DNA of 64,000 nt. Origin: Octopus vulgaris (taxonomy: Eukaryota). Location: the NCBI GenBank assembly GCA_951406725.2, contig OX597831.1:49104001-49168000 (forward strand), given 5' to 3'. Positions 61,354 to 64,000 of this stretch are shown here, in pieces. The notes below the pieces were generated by a model. That model did no database searches and was not told where the DNA came from. It saw only the letters and a program-made list of their open reading frames with translations. The first letter of the stretch is position 1. The number at the start of each line of letters is the position of its first letter. The translations under genes were made by a program, and so were the position numbers.

Positions 61354-62061
61354 GTTTTTTAGGCGTTCACAAATCTCATATAAACGATATTTGCATTGTA
61401 ACTTCACTGATATTGCCTCTAATATTACCTTAAAATATTAATTCTTTAACTAATTTCGTCACATACATTATAGACCACCTTAATATAACTCATTATTTCT
61501 AATTAAATGGTGTGTTAATTTAATGCCATAATCTGTTAATATATTTTTGAAATTATAATCTTATTTAAATTAACGGTACTGGCAAATGAACAAGGGAGAT
61601 AATTCCAGTTTTATTCGTAAGTTTACCGATAAAAATATTTACTGTAATACATTTACTACTACAAAACGAGCCAACGAAAAAGTCATTACAAGGTCGCTAG
61701 ACAAGCTAGATATAACAACCAAATCTTCCTCACAATATACACAATGATTTTTTTCATTTTAGAAAAATAAAGACATTTGGTAATATAATTTTAGACACAG
61801 AGATAAAAAGGTATTGTCAAGTATGGAATATTTTTCATCATAGTTCTGATTGACTTGATAGGTCAATAACTACCAGAAAATTGATGAAAGCATAGAGAAA
61901 AAGAGAAATGATAAGGGTAGAGATGGCAACAGAAGGGTGGGTTGGGGTGGGGGTAGAAAGCGGAGTTAGAAAGGGATTTTGATATGCCATGTTATAATTC
62001 ATAATTTAAACCAATGGGTCTTAACACCGATTTAAACTGAATCAGTGAAGCTAATAGGCAG

Positions 62062-62134
62062 AGCAGCATGGTGCAGTGGACGTGTACTGAGCCCATAACT
62101 TATAGGTTACTAGCTTAAAAGCCACACTCCGGTT
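62062..62134 (+). pseudogene. Degenerate initiator tRNA-Met-like sequence
   Basis: AGCAGCATGGTGCAGTGGACGTGTACTGAGCCCATAAC resembles tRNAiMet AGCAGAGTGGCGCAGCGGAAGCGTGCTGGGCCCATAAC; T-arm/B box and acceptor pairing decayed. Confidence 0.55.
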
Positions 62135-62874
62135 GGACATTTAAACTAACCACTGTAGAGGGCTAATTGGGCCTGCGGCTCAAAACTAAAGAGAGCTAAA
62201 TAACATGATTATAATACATCTATAGGCGAGCTGCCAGAATCGTTAGCACACCGGGCGAAATGCTTAGCGGTATTTCGTCTGCCGGTGGATTTTGATTTCG
62301 AATTCTGCCAAGGTTGACTTTGCCTTTCATCCTTTCAGGGTTCATTAAATAAGTACCAGTTATGCACTGGAGTTGATGTAATCGACTTAAACCCTTTGTC
62401 TGTCCTTGTTTCTCCCCTCTAGGTTTAGCCCCCTGTGGGCAATAAAGGAATAATAATACATCTATAATGACTATATGTGCTGGTGGCGTTTGATCAGAGG
62501 TTAAGGATGGACGAGAATTAATTCTGTAATGCAGTCATTCTATTGTTCCAGTCCCAAGTTGAATTCCAACAGTTGGCTGATTCAGCCCAAAGTTCTTATC
62601 TCAACATATAATTTACGAAGAAAATGTCATTTATATGCCTCTTGATCTCTGATGTCATCTGAATCAGCCAAGCTTTACCTGCTAGAAATAGCAACCCAAA
62701 TGCTTTTAAATCAGATTCCAATTCCGTATGTTCAAGAACCAAATGAAGGGCAGATTTTCCATCCCGGGATCATCCTGATTCAATAAAGGCATAATATGTC
62801 TATGAAGAGCAAATGAAGCTGTCACGTATGTTTATGTAATGTTTGTGCATGTATTATGTGTTTGTGTACATGTA

Positions 62875-63440
62875 TTGGGTTGTCCGGAAAGTTTGTGCCG
62901 ATTTATAGTAGCTTACCTTTCGACTTATTTTAGAACATGGTTGAGTCCATAAAACAGGATTTGACTACACCTCCATTTAGAGCACAGTTTAAGCTCTCTT
63001 TTCGTTGAAGAAGATTTATGTTCCTATAACCTGTGTTAATTCTGTAACCCTTTAAAATAGAAGATAAGAAAGTCCATTTTCGGCACTTGATACTTTGGGA
63101 ACCAGACAAAAATTGCTGCAGCTCGGTTGGGATGTGTTACCCCACCCTCCATATTCACCAGATATTGCTCCTTCAGATTTCCACTTATTCAGGTCTCTGC
63201 AGAATAGTCTTAATGATAAAAATTTCAATTCCTTGGATGATGTAAAAAGATACCTTGATGAATTCTTTGTCATGAAACCACCTCAGTTCTGGGAAGAGGG
63301 TATTTTCAAGTTAAAGGAAAGATGGAGACGCATTGTGCAACAAAATGGTTCATATTTGGTTGATTAAAAATGTAATGGCAAGTATTTATTGACCTTTTTC
63401 TTTCCTTTAAAAATTGGCACAAACTTTCCGGACAGCCCAA
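62875..63440 (+). mobile_element. Internally deleted mariner element
   Basis: TA|TTGGGTTGTCCGGAAAGTTTGTGCC ... GGCACAAACTTTCCGGACAGCCCAA|TA; LPHPPYSPDIAPSDFHLFRSL. Confidence 0.93.
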
Positions 63441-63907
63441 TATATTTTTGTAAGTACTATGTTTATGCATTTTTGTGCATATATGTGTTTATGTGTGTAT
63501 GTATATCTGTGTGTATAAGTGTAAGTATGTATTTATGTGCATGTATGTATATTTGTGTATGTATGTTTATACACGCATACATAAACAATACTTACACAAA
63601 TATACATATATACACACAAACACTTAATACATACACAAAATATAGATAAACTTTAGTAATTCAGCTTTTTTTAAAATTCTTTTATTTGTTTCAGTCATTT
63701 GACTGCAGCCATGTTGGGGCACCGCCTTTAGTTGAGCAAATCGACCCCAGGACTTATTCTTTGTAAGCCTAGCACTTATTCTATCAGTCTCTCTTGCCGA
63801 ATCGCTAAGTGACAGAGATGTAAACACACCAGCATCGGTTGTCAAGCGATGTTGGGGGGGACAAAAGCAGACACACAAACATATACATACATACATACAT
63901 ACATATA

Positions 63908-63963
<56 letters not shown>

Positions 63964-64000
63964 GTGGGCTTCTTTCAGTTTCCATCTACCAAATCCACTC

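Larger units (their letters stand above)
58890..61760. repeat. Segmental duplication of 51500-54350 (two-U1 unit)
   Basis: Spacer 51683-53760 aligns collinearly by eye with 59078-61185. Confidence 0.92.

Noticed and set aside
51490-61441. Repeated 63-121 aa ORFs (e.g. YLPGTGVNHDHLGGSPKVRPF)
   Set aside because: They are translations of the U1 snRNA genes

Overview
AT-rich, repeat-dense animal genomic DNA. The SINE, microsatellite and transposon landscape looks like an octopus/cephalopod; this is inference and was not checked against a database. The left two thirds hold a minus-strand multi-exon ULK4 pseudokinase gene. I assembled 27 coding exons by hand from the ATG at 40341 down to 4064 (3435 nt, 1145 codons, all phases consistent, one GC-AG intron), and the gene continues past the left edge. 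Its introns carry several SINE families, LINE fragments, a Ty3/gypsy 5' LTR+PBS+gag start, Helitron-, piggyBac- and mariner-type non-autonomous elements, and many (TA)n-embedded fold-back repeats, some with hammerhead-ribozyme cores (Penelope-like). The right third holds four minus-strand U1 snRNA genes in a duplicated array. They have unusual loop I and Sm-site sequences and a compensatory helix change between copies. This part also has a decayed gypsy element, a tRNA-iMet-like pseudogene, and three different MITE families with GG termini and 8-bp TSDs (Merlin-like), one carrying internal telomeric repeats. Almost all ORFs in the supplied track are spurious.
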